Positions 36,308 to 45,549 of a stretch of DNA of 64,000 bases are shown in pieces. The number at the start of each line of letters is the position of its first letter. Positions within the stretch are counted from its first letter, which is position 1. The position numbers and the translations under genes are program-made. The DNA comes from Candidatus Dormiibacterota bacterium. GTDB taxonomy: Bacteria > Chloroflexota > Dormibacteria > Aeolococcales > Bog-877. Location of the stretch: positions 6,128 to 70,127 of the forward strand of contig DATLRH010000005.1 in assembly GCA_035534755.1 (NCBI GenBank). Direction: 5' to 3'. The notes below the pieces were generated by a model. That model worked only from the letters and a program-made list of their open reading frames with translations, had not been told where the DNA came from and did no database searches.

Positions 36308-37401
36308 GGCGCGTGTGGAGATCTGCCGAGCTTCAGCTTGCGATCCCTACCTCGGACGTCGCGAGCGAGGTCGTGGAGGGTACCCGCTCAGGGGTGGCAG
36401 TATTCGACCATTGTGGGCGGCTCGTCTATTCAAACCCTGGTTTCACCAAGTCCCGTGCCCTCTCTACCCTGATTGACGGCCGTGGCTTCCTCACGGACCC
36501 CGACGTGGAGGCCGCCCGGCGTGAGGCCGTGCATCACGGACCCGGGACGGCGGGATGGTCCGCCCGAACTGTGGCGGCGACACTCCGCATCACGGTCGAG
36601 GTTATCCCCCTACGGGTCGCGCCGGAGTGGACCGCTCTCCTAGTCCAGGACCACCACGCAGATACCCACCCAGACTCAGGAACCCTCACGCTGTCGCTGC
36701 TGTTGCACGAGCTTCGAGGCCCCCTTGGGCTTGCCCAGGAGTCGCTGGAGACGCTCACCCAACTCGCCGCTGGAAGCGGGACCGAAGTACGGAGCGCGCT
36801 CGACCGTCAGGCGCGCTCGATCTCCCGCCTCACCGGGCTTCTACAGGGCTTGGGCGATCTGAGCCGGGCTTACGATCTGAGCGGCACTCGTCATGGCTGG
36901 ACCAAGGTCGACCTCGCCGCCCAGGTCCTAGATGTGGCCGACGTCTTTCGAGAGCCGGCGACGGCCCGGGGACATGAGTTGGTAGTCGCAGTAGAAACCG
37001 GCGTCCCCGAGTTCCAAGGGCATGCCGACCTTCTCTGGCGCGCGATCGCGAACCTAGTAGACAATGCATTGAAGTATTCAGTGACGCCCGGCCCAGTCAC
37101 GCTCTCACTAAGCCGACGAGGCGCCCTGGCAGTCGTGGAGGTGGCCGACACCGGACCGGGAATCGCCCCCGCCGACCACTCTGCCATTTTCGATGAGTTC
37201 CAGCGCCTCCCCGCTGCGCGGGCTGCGATGGTGCCCGGAAGCGGGCTGGGTCTGGCTGTCGCCCGCCGAATTGCAGAGGCGCACGGGGGCAGGCTCTCGC
37301 TGGAGAGTCGGACCGGAGCCGGTAGCGCATTCCGCCTGACCTTCCTGCTTGACCGCTTGATGTGGTCCGCCAACCCCGGTGAGCCACCCGCGCAACGTTG
37401 A
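36304..37401 (+). CDS. Sensor histidine kinase, cytoplasmic (no TM segments; PAS-like N-terminus)
   Basis: H-box LSLLLHELRGPLGL. HATPase_c N/G boxes (VDNALKYS…VEVADTGPGIAPADHSAIFDEFQRL…GSGLGLAVARRIAEAHGGRLSLES). ATGA overlap with the response regulator. Confidence 0.85.
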   Translation: MRRVWRSAELQLAIPTSDVASEVVEGTRSGVAVFDHCGRLVYSNPGFTKSRALSTLIDGRGFLTDPDVEAARREAVHHGPGTAGWSARTVAATLRITVEVIPLRVAPEWTALLVQDHHADTHPDSGTLTLSLLLHELRGPLGLAQESLETLTQLAAGSGTEVRSALDRQARSISRLTGLLQGLGDLSRAYDLSGTRHGWTKVDLAAQVLDVADVFREPATARGHELVVAVETGVPEFQGHADLLWRAIANLVDNALKYSVTPGPVTLSLSRRGALAVVEVADTGPGIAPADHSAIFDEFQRLPAARAAMVPGSGLGLAVARRIAEAHGGRLSLESRTGAGSAFRLTFLLDRLMWSANPGEPPAQR

Positions 37402-37518
37402 GCTGAGCAGATCTGAGCGGCAGGACCGCCGCACCCCCGCGGGCCCAACCAACTTGGGATGGTTCTTGACTTTCGCTGCATCGGCGGGACACCTCCATTA
37501 CACTCGGGGAGGCGATCC

Positions 37519-37595
37519 GCCCGCATGGCTCAACTGGTTAGAGCAGGGGACTCTTAATCCCAAGGTTGCAGGTTCGAGTCCTGCTGCGGGCACCA
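37519..37595 (+). tRNA. tRNA-Lys (anticodon CTT), CCA encoded
   Basis: Cloverleaf built by hand. Acceptor GCCCGCA/TGCGGGC (7 bp), D-arm GCTC-AACTGGTTA-GAGC, anticodon loop CTCTTAA (U33, CTT, A37), T-arm GCAGG-TTCGAGT-CCTGC, discriminator A, CCA. Confidence 0.85.
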
Positions 37596-38637
37596 CTGGT
37601 AGCTCTGGATCGAGTTTGAAAGTTTGGTCTAAGGCGCCCTAGGGCACCGCTTGAGAGGGGCTGCAGACCGACTCTCCGCGTAGTCCTCTCTAGGACTGCG
37701 AAGGAGGGGTTTAGTTCGAGGTGTGCGCGCTCTCCGAACGGGTTTCGGCGCTTCAAACGCCCCTCCCGAGTGTGGCAGATCGGAGCCCCGCCAGGCCTCG
37801 AGGGTGGGCGGACCGATGCCCGAGAACTCGGGCCAGACTTGGCGGCCCGCAAGACACGGAGGCGATCCTCCGTGTCTTCTCTACTGGTCGGCTGCGGGGC
37901 GCCCAAGTGGGGGTTCTCGGCTCTCCTTCCTCACCCGAGGCCGCTCCCACCTAAGAGCCGATCGAGACCTGGACTAGGGGCCAGGTGATGAGGCCAATCG
38001 CCTCTGACTCCAGTGTTCCGTTTCCGCAGCGAGGTTCAGGTTGGACTCTGGTCCCATTGGGCTCGCCAGATCGTCGGGTGACCCGGCACCCTCGGAGTGG
38101 CCACGGCGGTCACTCAGGAGGGGGGCAATGGAACGAGACACTAGACAGAGAACCGCAGCAGCCGCCTCCGCAGACGTCTAGCGTCGCGCGCCGGGATGAA
38201 CGACATGAGGGACTCGCGCGCCTCGCCTGGGGTCAGTGCGGGATGGATTGCGTGGTGAGAATTGCCGCCCCACCCACGTCGAACAGTACATTCGCCGGGC
38301 CAGATTCACGGCGCGGACCTCGAACCCGAGTGGGTTCGAATGCGCGTGAGGGCGAACTCGCCTCCGAGCTCCAAGACGCACGCGATCATCGATCGCCTGG
38401 ACGGAACTTCCAGTCCCCGGTATGTTTCCCGTTAGCCGGTTGATTGCGTGCTGCGTGGCTCGGCGGGTGTTCAATCCAGATCGCCCTCTCTGGTAGGGTT
38501 TCCTGCACGGTCCACTGGACGCCGAAGACTCGCCGCTCGCCGTCCTTCGCCCGATGGGATCGCCGACCGAAGCGGCGACCTATTGAGTCGAGACAGGTAA
38601 TCGTCTTCGAGGAATTTGACTTGTTCAGTAGCCGAAT

Positions 38638-39936
38638 ATGCAACGTCGGGAGGGAGCTAGGATCCGTCGGCTGATCCCTGACAAACTTGGGCGGCTGTTC
38701 CGCGTTCGGGACTTCGCACTCCTATGGTCGGGAGCAACCGTCTCGCTGTGCGGCGACGGCATCTACTTCGTCACTATCGCGTGGGAGGTCTATCGGCTCT
38801 CGAACGCGCCGACTGCTCTGGGTGTCGTCTCCGCCGCCTTCGCCCTTCCCCAGGTGCTGTTCCTGCTGGTTGGTGGTGTGGTAAGCGACCGCCTCGATCG
38901 GCGTCTAGTCATGTTGATGGGCAACACGGTCAGCGGCGTGATGATCGGTAGCCTGGGAACCCTGGTGCTGCTGAACCGAATCAGTCTCTGGGAAATCGTT
39001 CCTATAGTCGCTGCCTACGGGGTGAGCCAGGCATTCTTCCTCCCTGCCTCGCGGGCCATCGTGCCTAGTCTGGTCCACTCTGACTTGGTTCCTCAGGCGA
39101 TGGCGGTAGAGCAGTTTGTCCAGCCATTGACCTCGAGCCTGGTGGGGCCGGCCGTAGGGGGGGTGCTGATCGCTGTGGGCGGCACCGGGATCGCGTTTTT
39201 AATCGACGCCGGCACGTTCCTGATTGCCGCCACCACCCTGGCGGCGATGTCCTCGAGGCACCCGGCGCCGGTCGCGACCACGACCGGGGTGACTGCTGGT
39301 CGGTCCACCATCCTGACGGAGTCCCGTCAGGCGCTCCATTTCGTGCGCGGGATTCCTTGGATCTGGGCAGGAATCGCCGCGGCCGGCATCGCCAATATCG
39401 CCCTCACCGGCCCTTTGACGGTGCTCATCCCCTACCTGATCAAGTACCGCCTCCACGAGGGACCGCAAACCCTGGGCCTGGTAGGCGCCTCGGGTGGCCT
39501 AGGGGCGATCCTTTCGGCCCTGTACGTCGGCTGGCGCGGCGTCCCTCGCCACAGCACCAGATGGGTATTCCTCAGTTGGGCGATCGCCACGGTCGCCCTG
39601 GTACCAATGGGGCTCGCCGGCGCAGCCTGGGAGCTCATGCCCCTGAGCGCGGTGACTATGGGAGGGGTTACGCTCGGCAACGTCATCTGGTTCTCCAGGA
39701 TGGGGGTTGAAATCCCCGGATACATCCTCGGTAGGGTGGCGAGCCTTGACATGACCGTCTCGTTCTGCCTTACGCCGTTGTCGAACGCCGTCACCGGCCC
39801 CCTCGCCGGTGTCATCGGAGCGCGCCTCGTGCTAGTGGGTGCAGGGGTCATCGGTGCCATCGTCCCAGTCGCTTTCCTAGTCCTAGTCCCGAGTCTGAGC
39901 AGAAGCCATGGGCCGCGTGTCGGAGGTCCAAGTTGA
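38638..39936 (+). CDS. MFS transporter (EntS/DHA-like efflux)
   Basis: 432 aa, 12-TM. N-terminus LFRVRDFALLWSGATVSLCGDGIYFVTIAWEVYRLSN typical of the MFS enterobactin-exporter-like subfamily. Confidence 0.8.
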   Translation: MQRREGARIRRLIPDKLGRLFRVRDFALLWSGATVSLCGDGIYFVTIAWEVYRLSNAPTALGVVSAAFALPQVLFLLVGGVVSDRLDRRLVMLMGNTVSGVMIGSLGTLVLLNRISLWEIVPIVAAYGVSQAFFLPASRAIVPSLVHSDLVPQAMAVEQFVQPLTSSLVGPAVGGVLIAVGGTGIAFLIDAGTFLIAATTLAAMSSRHPAPVATTTGVTAGRSTILTESRQALHFVRGIPWIWAGIAAAGIANIALTGPLTVLIPYLIKYRLHEGPQTLGLVGASGGLGAILSALYVGWRGVPRHSTRWVFLSWAIATVALVPMGLAGAAWELMPLSAVTMGGVTLGNVIWFSRMGVEIPGYILGRVASLDMTVSFCLTPLSNAVTGPLAGVIGARLVLVGAGVIGAIVPVAFLVLVPSLSRSHGPRVGGPS

Positions 39937-40333
39937 CAACCTCCGTAGACCGGGGCATATGTCGAGTCGTTGTGAACGACCACGCGGGCGCGCCCGGGAT
40001 AAGCGCTGCCGTGGCGGTTCAAGGGTCGAGTCGGACTCCCCCCGACGGAGAGGCCGGGATCGAGCGGGAGGAAGCTCAGGCTCTGCCCATTCGGAATCGG
40101 CCTGCATTGTTGCCAGAACGCGGCCGCGTTCGGCTCCGGGTAACACCCACGACGAGGCATGGCTTCCATCGATCGTTTCGCAACCGGTCCGAGCGGGTAC
40201 CGATTTCCGTCCCGACGGGTACCCGGACCTCGGCAAGACCTACTCGGCTCGCGAATCCCCACCGCGGTGCGGACCAGCCAATGCTCGGTAGGACCGACCG
40301 CAATGCGGCGAAGCTTCCGTACAATCGGCTGAG

Positions 40334-41017
40334 ATGAGGGTGATCGCACTCGGCGATCGGGAGCCGAGCCTCCGTACTCACCGTGAAATCGACGCCGCGC
40401 TGGATCTCATGGGCGGTGAGTTTGGCTGCTCTTGGGTGGCTACCGATAGCGCCGAGGCGCGCGATCTGACGAACGTCGATGCCGTATGGCTCCTTCCGGG
40501 CTCCCCCTATCGAGAGGATCGCGCAGCCTACGACGCGATCCAGCACTGCCTAGAGTCCGGAACGCCTTTTCTCGGCACCTGTGCTGGGTTTCAATACGCT
40601 TGCGTCGCACTGGCTCGCACCCGCGGGGGAGTTGCCGGGGCGACCCATGCGGAGAGCGACCCCAAGGGCCGGGATCTCGTCATCGCGCCCCTAAAGTGTT
40701 CACTTTACGGCGAGCTTCGGACCGTTCGACCCGTACCCGGGACGCTGCTTGCTTCGATCTGCGGGGATCAGTCATTCGAAGGATTCCACTGGTGTGGCTT
40801 CGGTCTCACGGACGAATTCGCTGCCGTGCTGGGCCAAGCGGGTGTGGTTCTCTCCGCGTTCGCTGACGACGCTGGCGTCGAGGCAGTGGAACTACCCGAT
40901 CATCCCTTCTTCCTTGCCACAGCCTTTCAACCTCAGGTCGGGACTAGTGCTAGCGGGTTGCTACACCCGCTACTCGGCGGTCTCCTGGCGGCAGCAGCAG
41001 TCCGAAGTGACTCATAG
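40334..41017 (+). CDS. Class I glutamine amidotransferase-like protein (CTP-synthase C-terminal domain-like)
   Basis: 227 aa. Nucleophile elbow FLGTCAGFQYA and the later HPFFLATAFQPQ resemble the GATase1 Cys/His-Glu triad context. Confidence 0.55.
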   Translation: MRVIALGDREPSLRTHREIDAALDLMGGEFGCSWVATDSAEARDLTNVDAVWLLPGSPYREDRAAYDAIQHCLESGTPFLGTCAGFQYACVALARTRGGVAGATHAESDPKGRDLVIAPLKCSLYGELRTVRPVPGTLLASICGDQSFEGFHWCGFGLTDEFAAVLGQAGVVLSAFADDAGVEAVELPDHPFFLATAFQPQVGTSASGLLHPLLGGLLAAAAVRSDS

Positions 41018-41088
41018 ATCAGTGACCCCAATTGGTTTGGTGGCTCATCACAGATGGCGTTCTGGCGCGGGGCGTCGGCGTGCAATCG

Positions 41089-42018
41089 TCAGAGGAACGT
41101 CACGCGGGTCGCTTCCTGCTTGCCTTGGGCGAAACCGGCCTGGGCGGCGGGGATGCGGGTCGCCGGATCCATCTGGTTCGTGCCCATCGCGGCTCGGGAA
41201 GCAGCGTCCGGGGTGATCACCTCGACGTGGCTGCCCTGCTGGCGCAGGGCCTCGACCTCGCTTGCCAGGTCCACGCCCCATTCTGGTGGCCTGCGCAAGC
41301 CCTCGAACCGGCCTTCCGGGTCCCCGCCCCGTTCCGGTGATGTTTGGCTCCGTCCGCCCAACGGCGAGAGCACCACGACGTTCGCATAGCCCGAGGCAAG
41401 GTCGGCGTTTTCTTTGGAGCGGACGCCACCGTCGATGTAGCGAGTGCCGTTGATGCTGTGTGTGGGCACCAAACCGGGCAGCGCGCAGCTCGCGGTGACG
41501 GCGTCCGCCAGGTCGACGCCGGAATCGCGGTCGAACGCAGCCAACTCGCCCGTATGCGCGTCGACGGCTACCACAATCATCGGCCTGTCCGGCCATTCAG
41601 GGCGAGGCAACCTGGCGGCGACCATTGCGCGCCGCTGTCCCGCCCCGGGTCCGAGGGTGGAGTCGCTCTCCAACCCGAACGCGCCCATCGCACGTCGTAG
41701 ATCGGCGGCCGAGGTGGCGGCGGCGCCGATGGCCCTCATCCGCTCGAACACCGTGGCCATGGGCAGGGACGGCGGCCGTTCTCGGTTCTGTCCGACCGGG
41801 TGAACTGGCGGGGACAGCACCGAAGCCAACAGTTCGGCCGTTGGTATACCGCTGCGCACCTGCGCTGCCGCGGTGGCACCGGCCGAGGTGCCGACCACCA
41901 AATCGGCGGCCTCTGTCATATCGAGACCGGCTTCGGCCAAGCCTGCGATGATACCGATCTCCCACGCATTTCCGGCAGCCCCACCACCACCGAGAACCAG
42001 AGCAACGTTGTGAACCAC
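41089..42018 (-). CDS. Patatin-like phospholipase
   Basis: Oxyanion GGGxxG (LVLGGGGAAGNAWEIG), serine hydrolase GTSAG (VVGTSAGATAAA), and the Asp-containing C-terminal block. Confidence 0.85.
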   Translation of the reverse strand: MVHNVALVLGGGGAAGNAWEIGIIAGLAEAGLDMTEAADLVVGTSAGATAAAQVRSGIPTAELLASVLSPPVHPVGQNRERPPSLPMATVFERMRAIGAAATSAADLRRAMGAFGLESDSTLGPGAGQRRAMVAARLPRPEWPDRPMIVVAVDAHTGELAAFDRDSGVDLADAVTASCALPGLVPTHSINGTRYIDGGVRSKENADLASGYANVVVLSPLGGRSQTSPERGGDPEGRFEGLRRPPEWGVDLASEVEALRQQGSHVEVITPDAASRAAMGTNQMDPATRIPAAQAGFAQGKQEATRVTFL

Positions 42019-42131
42019 CTGCCCACTATTTCAGCCCGTGTACCGTCCTGTCCACTGGGGATGAGGCGCCGATCGTGGTCGAGCATGGCTTGGGCGGCTT
42101 CGGGTACTCCGAGCTTCGGGTTCGCCAGTCC

Positions 42132-42693
42132 TCAGATCACCGACATCCCGTCCGGAGTGCACCGCAGGTAGAGCCCGAAGCCCCAGACGAACCGGGAATG
42201 GGAGGCGCAGTATCCGCAGCCGGCGTGCCCGGCCAGGTCAGGGCGTTTCACCGTTTCATAGGGCTTCCTGCACAGCACCGGGGTCGAGTCGATCAAACGT
42301 GTGCCCTCGCCCCATGAAGGGGTGTCACGCGCGAGTTCGGTGATCACCGCGGAGAGCGGGCCGGCGCCTTGCCGGACGCGTTAGCCCCACCCGGACTGTC
42401 TGGGCAGGTTCGGGAACCCACCCTTCAGGGGCGCAGACGTAGTCGATCCACCGCCGGTCAGAGGAGATCCCCAGCAGGTTCCGCGCGAACAGGAGGCACA
42501 GCAACTCAGCATCGTTCAGCGCAGGGTTACGTCCCGGGTGATCGCGGGTCAACCCGATAGCCGGCAAGTTCCGGTCATCCAGCTGGACATAGAGTGTGAC
42601 CAGGAGGGTGTTGAGCTCGGTTTTCACACGCAGGGCAATCATCCTCCGTTCGCGTCTAACAGCGTCCACGCCGCCACAGCGAATCTGACTCAC
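42132..42693 (-). pseudogene. IS982-family (IS5-related DDE) transposase remnant, frameshifted and 3'-truncated
   Basis: Two adjacent minus-strand ORF fragments in different frames. The first, LLVTLYVQLDDR…GRNPALNDAELLCLLFARNLLGISSDRRWIDY, matches the IS982 N-terminal pattern (YCxxDDF … GRKPKLSDSEhhhhhhF). The second, LIDSTPVLCRKPYE…GYCASHSRFVWGFGLYLRCTPDG, matches IDSFPhPVC … GYCASK..YYGFKLH. No continuation of the catalytic domain is found in any frame before the patatin gene. Confidence 0.6.
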
Positions 42694-43034
42694 TCAGCTG
42701 GGCTGCGCAGCGGACAACAGCGCCCCGGCCCGATCCAACTGATCTCAGCTAGTGGTCTCTCGTTGGCGTGGCTCGACCACGGCAGCGTCTGTCCGCCACG
42801 GCATCCGTGGATTCAGTACGCAGCAGACCTGACCTTCGGAGCTATCCGCTGCGATGTACTCCCGAACTGTATGCGAGACGTCCTGGATGCTGATGATTCA
42901 GCCGCGGCGGCTGGGGGGCGTGTGGGGGGTGAAACGAAAGTTCCGCGGCGCGCAGCGAAGAGGAATTGGTTGGTGATGCAGTTCGCCTGCTCGAAGCGGG
43001 GGGCGACCGCGTGCGCGACCTTATAGCCTCGCGC

Positions 43035-44222
43035 CTAGGTACAGAGGTCGACTCGCTTGACCGCAAGCACGTGGGCGACAGCGTCGATCAGGCGGCCATC
43101 CGACACCTCGCCGTCCGCGACCGCGGCGCTCAGAGCTGCGTCGATCGACGGCGTCACCGCGGCTGGGTCTCCCTGGGCAAACATGACCATGTCGGCACCG
43201 GCAGCAATGGCCATCACGGTCGCCTGGGCCACGGCCAGCCCGAGGTCGGCGATGGCCAGGGAGCTCAGCGAGTCGGTCAGGATCAGGCCCTGGAAGTGGA
43301 GGGAGCCGACCAGGAGCCCTTGGATGACAGCCGGGGAGAGGCTGGCGGGAGCAGCCGACAAGCCCGGAACCGATGCGTTGCTGACCATGATGGCGGGCAT
43401 TCGGGCACTCACGGCCGCCTCAAAGGGCAGCAGACCCCCGTCCTGGAGAGAGGTGTAGGGAAGGGTGGAGGCCGGCCCGTCGTCGGTGTTCGCGCTGGCC
43501 CCTCCCAACCCCGGAAAGTGCTTCACGACCGGGATCACCCCTGCCGCCAGCAAGCCCTGCGCGAATGCCAGGCCATCGCCCCCGGCGACAGCTGGATCGG
43601 GGCTGAACGAGCGCAACCCGTCCGCGTCAGTCGGGCTCGGCCCGGCCCCCCCGTCGGCGTCCAGGACCGGCGCTAGGTCCATGGTTACCCCTTGCCCGAA
43701 CATGGCTTTCCCAGTGGCCATTGCCACGCTCTTGATCTCCCCCCTGGTCATGGTGCTGCCCATCTGGCGCGCCCAGGGAAGCGACCCAACCAGATCTGCC
43801 ATCCGTTGCACTCCGCCACCCTCCTCGTCAGTCATCACCACCGGCTGGACTCCCCCCGGCGCGCTCGCCTCGAGGCTGTGAAGCTCGGCTCCCAGATCGG
43901 CGGGGGCGCTGCTGCCCAACAGAAGCAGGCCCCCCACCCCCTCCGCGACCTGGGCCTGGGCCGCGCCCACATCGGTTTCAGAAACAGGTATGGCGACCAC
44001 CTGTTCCGCCAATCGGTCGACTGTCCAATCGGCGAGCACACTCTGGTTAGAGCAGGTGGGTACGGTCGGTGGGGACGACCGCGTTGGGCTGAGCGCCACT
44101 CGCGGCAGGGGTGCCCCGCCTCCGCAGCTGACCAGCAGGAACCCCGCGAGAATCAGCCCCGCCGGGACCCTGCCCGGCCCGGACGGCGGAACAAAATGCA
44201 GGGCCCTGGGCGATCGCGACAC
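43035..44222 (-). CDS. Glycoside hydrolase family 3 N-terminal domain lipoprotein (beta-N-acetylhexosaminidase NagZ-like)
   Basis: Lipobox LLVSCGG. KHFPGLGGASANTDDGP is the GH3 KHFPGHG motif. DLAPVLD is the catalytic Asp region. Confidence 0.8.
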   Translation of the reverse strand: MSRSPRALHFVPPSGPGRVPAGLILAGFLLVSCGGGAPLPRVALSPTRSSPPTVPTCSNQSVLADWTVDRLAEQVVAIPVSETDVGAAQAQVAEGVGGLLLLGSSAPADLGAELHSLEASAPGGVQPVVMTDEEGGGVQRMADLVGSLPWARQMGSTMTRGEIKSVAMATGKAMFGQGVTMDLAPVLDADGGAGPSPTDADGLRSFSPDPAVAGGDGLAFAQGLLAAGVIPVVKHFPGLGGASANTDDGPASTLPYTSLQDGGLLPFEAAVSARMPAIMVSNASVPGLSAAPASLSPAVIQGLLVGSLHFQGLILTDSLSSLAIADLGLAVAQATVMAIAAGADMVMFAQGDPAAVTPSIDAALSAAVADGEVSDGRLIDAVAHVLAVKRVDLCT

Positions 44223-44283
44223 CTCGGTGCCCTCTCAGAACCCGAGCCACGATCGCCTGTCCATCGACCAGCCCCCGCGCGCC

Positions 44284-45549
44284 TCAGTCGACGAGACGAC
44301 GGAAGGCGAGGCAGGCGTTGTGGCCCCCGAACCCGAAGGAGTTGTTGAGCACAAGTTCGGGATCGACCCGGCGAGCCCCCTCGGTGACGTAATCCAGGTC
44401 GCACTCCGGGTCAGGATCCTCATAGTTGATAGTCGGCGGTACCCGGCCATCCACGATCGCCATAACCGAGAATATCGACTCGATGGCGCCCGCCCCGCCC
44501 AGGCTGTGTCCGGTCATCGACTTGGTCGACGAGATCGGGATCTGCCGAGCCCGCTGGTCTCCCAGCGTCTGCTTGATGGCCGAAGTCTCGGCCGCATCGT
44601 TGAGCTCGGTCGAGGTGCCATGGGCGTTGATGTAGTCGACGTCCTCAGGCCCGGCGCCCGCCTTCTCAAGGGCCCGGGCCATGGCGTGCCGGGCTCCCCG
44701 CCCGCTCGGGTCGGGGGCAGTAAGGTGATGGGCGTCCGCGGTCGCTCCGTAGCCGGCCACCTCGGCGAGAATCCGTGCTCCCCGCCGGCGAGCGTGGTCA
44801 AGATCCTCCAGCACAACGATCCCGCACGACTCGGCCACGACGAAGCCATCCCGGCCCTTGTCGAAGGGCCGGCTAGCATGCTCGGGATCCTCATTCCGTT
44901 GCGAGAGTGCCCGCATAGCAGCGAAGGCGCCCACCGCCAGGGGGGTGACCGAGGCCTCGCTGGCTCCCGCGATACAGGCAACGGCATCCCCCCGGCGGAT
45001 GATCTCGGCCGCTTCGCCGATGGCGTGGGCGCCGGTGGCGCAGGCCGAGATCAGCGCGAAGTTCGGCCCACAGGCCTGCAGTTTCATGGCGATCTCACCG
45101 GCCGCGATGTCGGCCAGGATCATCGGCACGGTGAAGGGGCTCAGCCGGCGAGGTCCGCGGTCTCTGAGGGTGTAGCTGGCTTCCTCGGTGACCTTGAGGC
45201 CGCCGATCCCGGACCCGACGATCACGCCCACCTGGAAGCGGTTGGAGTCGTCCACGGTGAGGCGGGACTGGTCCATCGCCTCCATCGTCGCGGCGAGAGC
45301 GAACTGGGTGAAGCGGGCGGTTCGGTTGGCCTGTTTGCGATCGATGAAGTCGACCGGGTCGAAGTCGAGGACCTCGCCCGCCATCTGGGACGCGTATGGC
45401 TCCGGGTCGAAGCTCCGAATCCTGCCGATGCCGTTGTGTCCAGCCAGGAGTCCTTCCCAGGTGGGCAGAACACCGACCGCGAGGGGAGTCACCGCTCCCA
45501 TGCCCGTCACCACCACCCGGCGCCGGTCCAAAGGCATCGGCGTGGTCAT
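44284..45549 (-). CDS. fabF: 3-oxoacyl-ACP synthase II (beta-ketoacyl-ACP synthase FabF/KasA type)
   Basis: 421 aa. RRVVVTGMGAVTPL, active-site Cys (ISACATGA), HAHGTSTELND, GHSLGGAGA, FGFGGHNA. Confidence 0.95.
   Translation of the reverse strand: MTTPMPLDRRRVVVTGMGAVTPLAVGVLPTWEGLLAGHNGIGRIRSFDPEPYASQMAGEVLDFDPVDFIDRKQANRTARFTQFALAATMEAMDQSRLTVDDSNRFQVGVIVGSGIGGLKVTEEASYTLRDRGPRRLSPFTVPMILADIAAGEIAMKLQACGPNFALISACATGAHAIGEAAEIIRRGDAVACIAGASEASVTPLAVGAFAAMRALSQRNEDPEHASRPFDKGRDGFVVAESCGIVVLEDLDHARRRGARILAEVAGYGATADAHHLTAPDPSGRGARHAMARALEKAGAGPEDVDYINAHGTSTELNDAAETSAIKQTLGDQRARQIPISSTKSMTGHSLGGAGAIESIFSVMAIVDGRVPPTINYEDPDPECDLDYVTEGARRVDPELVLNNSFGFGGHNACLAFRRLVD

Noticed and set aside
38318-38340. 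GGGTTCGAA-containing hairpin that looked like a tRNA T-arm
   Set aside because: No acceptor, D or anticodon arms could be built on either strand. It is just a 7-bp palindrome (cgaaccc-gagt-gggttcg).
37596-38637. Possible tmRNA, RNase P RNA or SRP RNA in the ORF-free kilobase after tRNA-Lys
   Set aside because: None of the universally conserved motifs are present (RNase P GGAAAGTCCGG/ACAGAA.CCGGCTTA, tmRNA tag ORF plus TΨC-acceptor 3' end, SRP GGAAGCAGCC-like). The region is kept as an unexplained finding rather than an RNA call.
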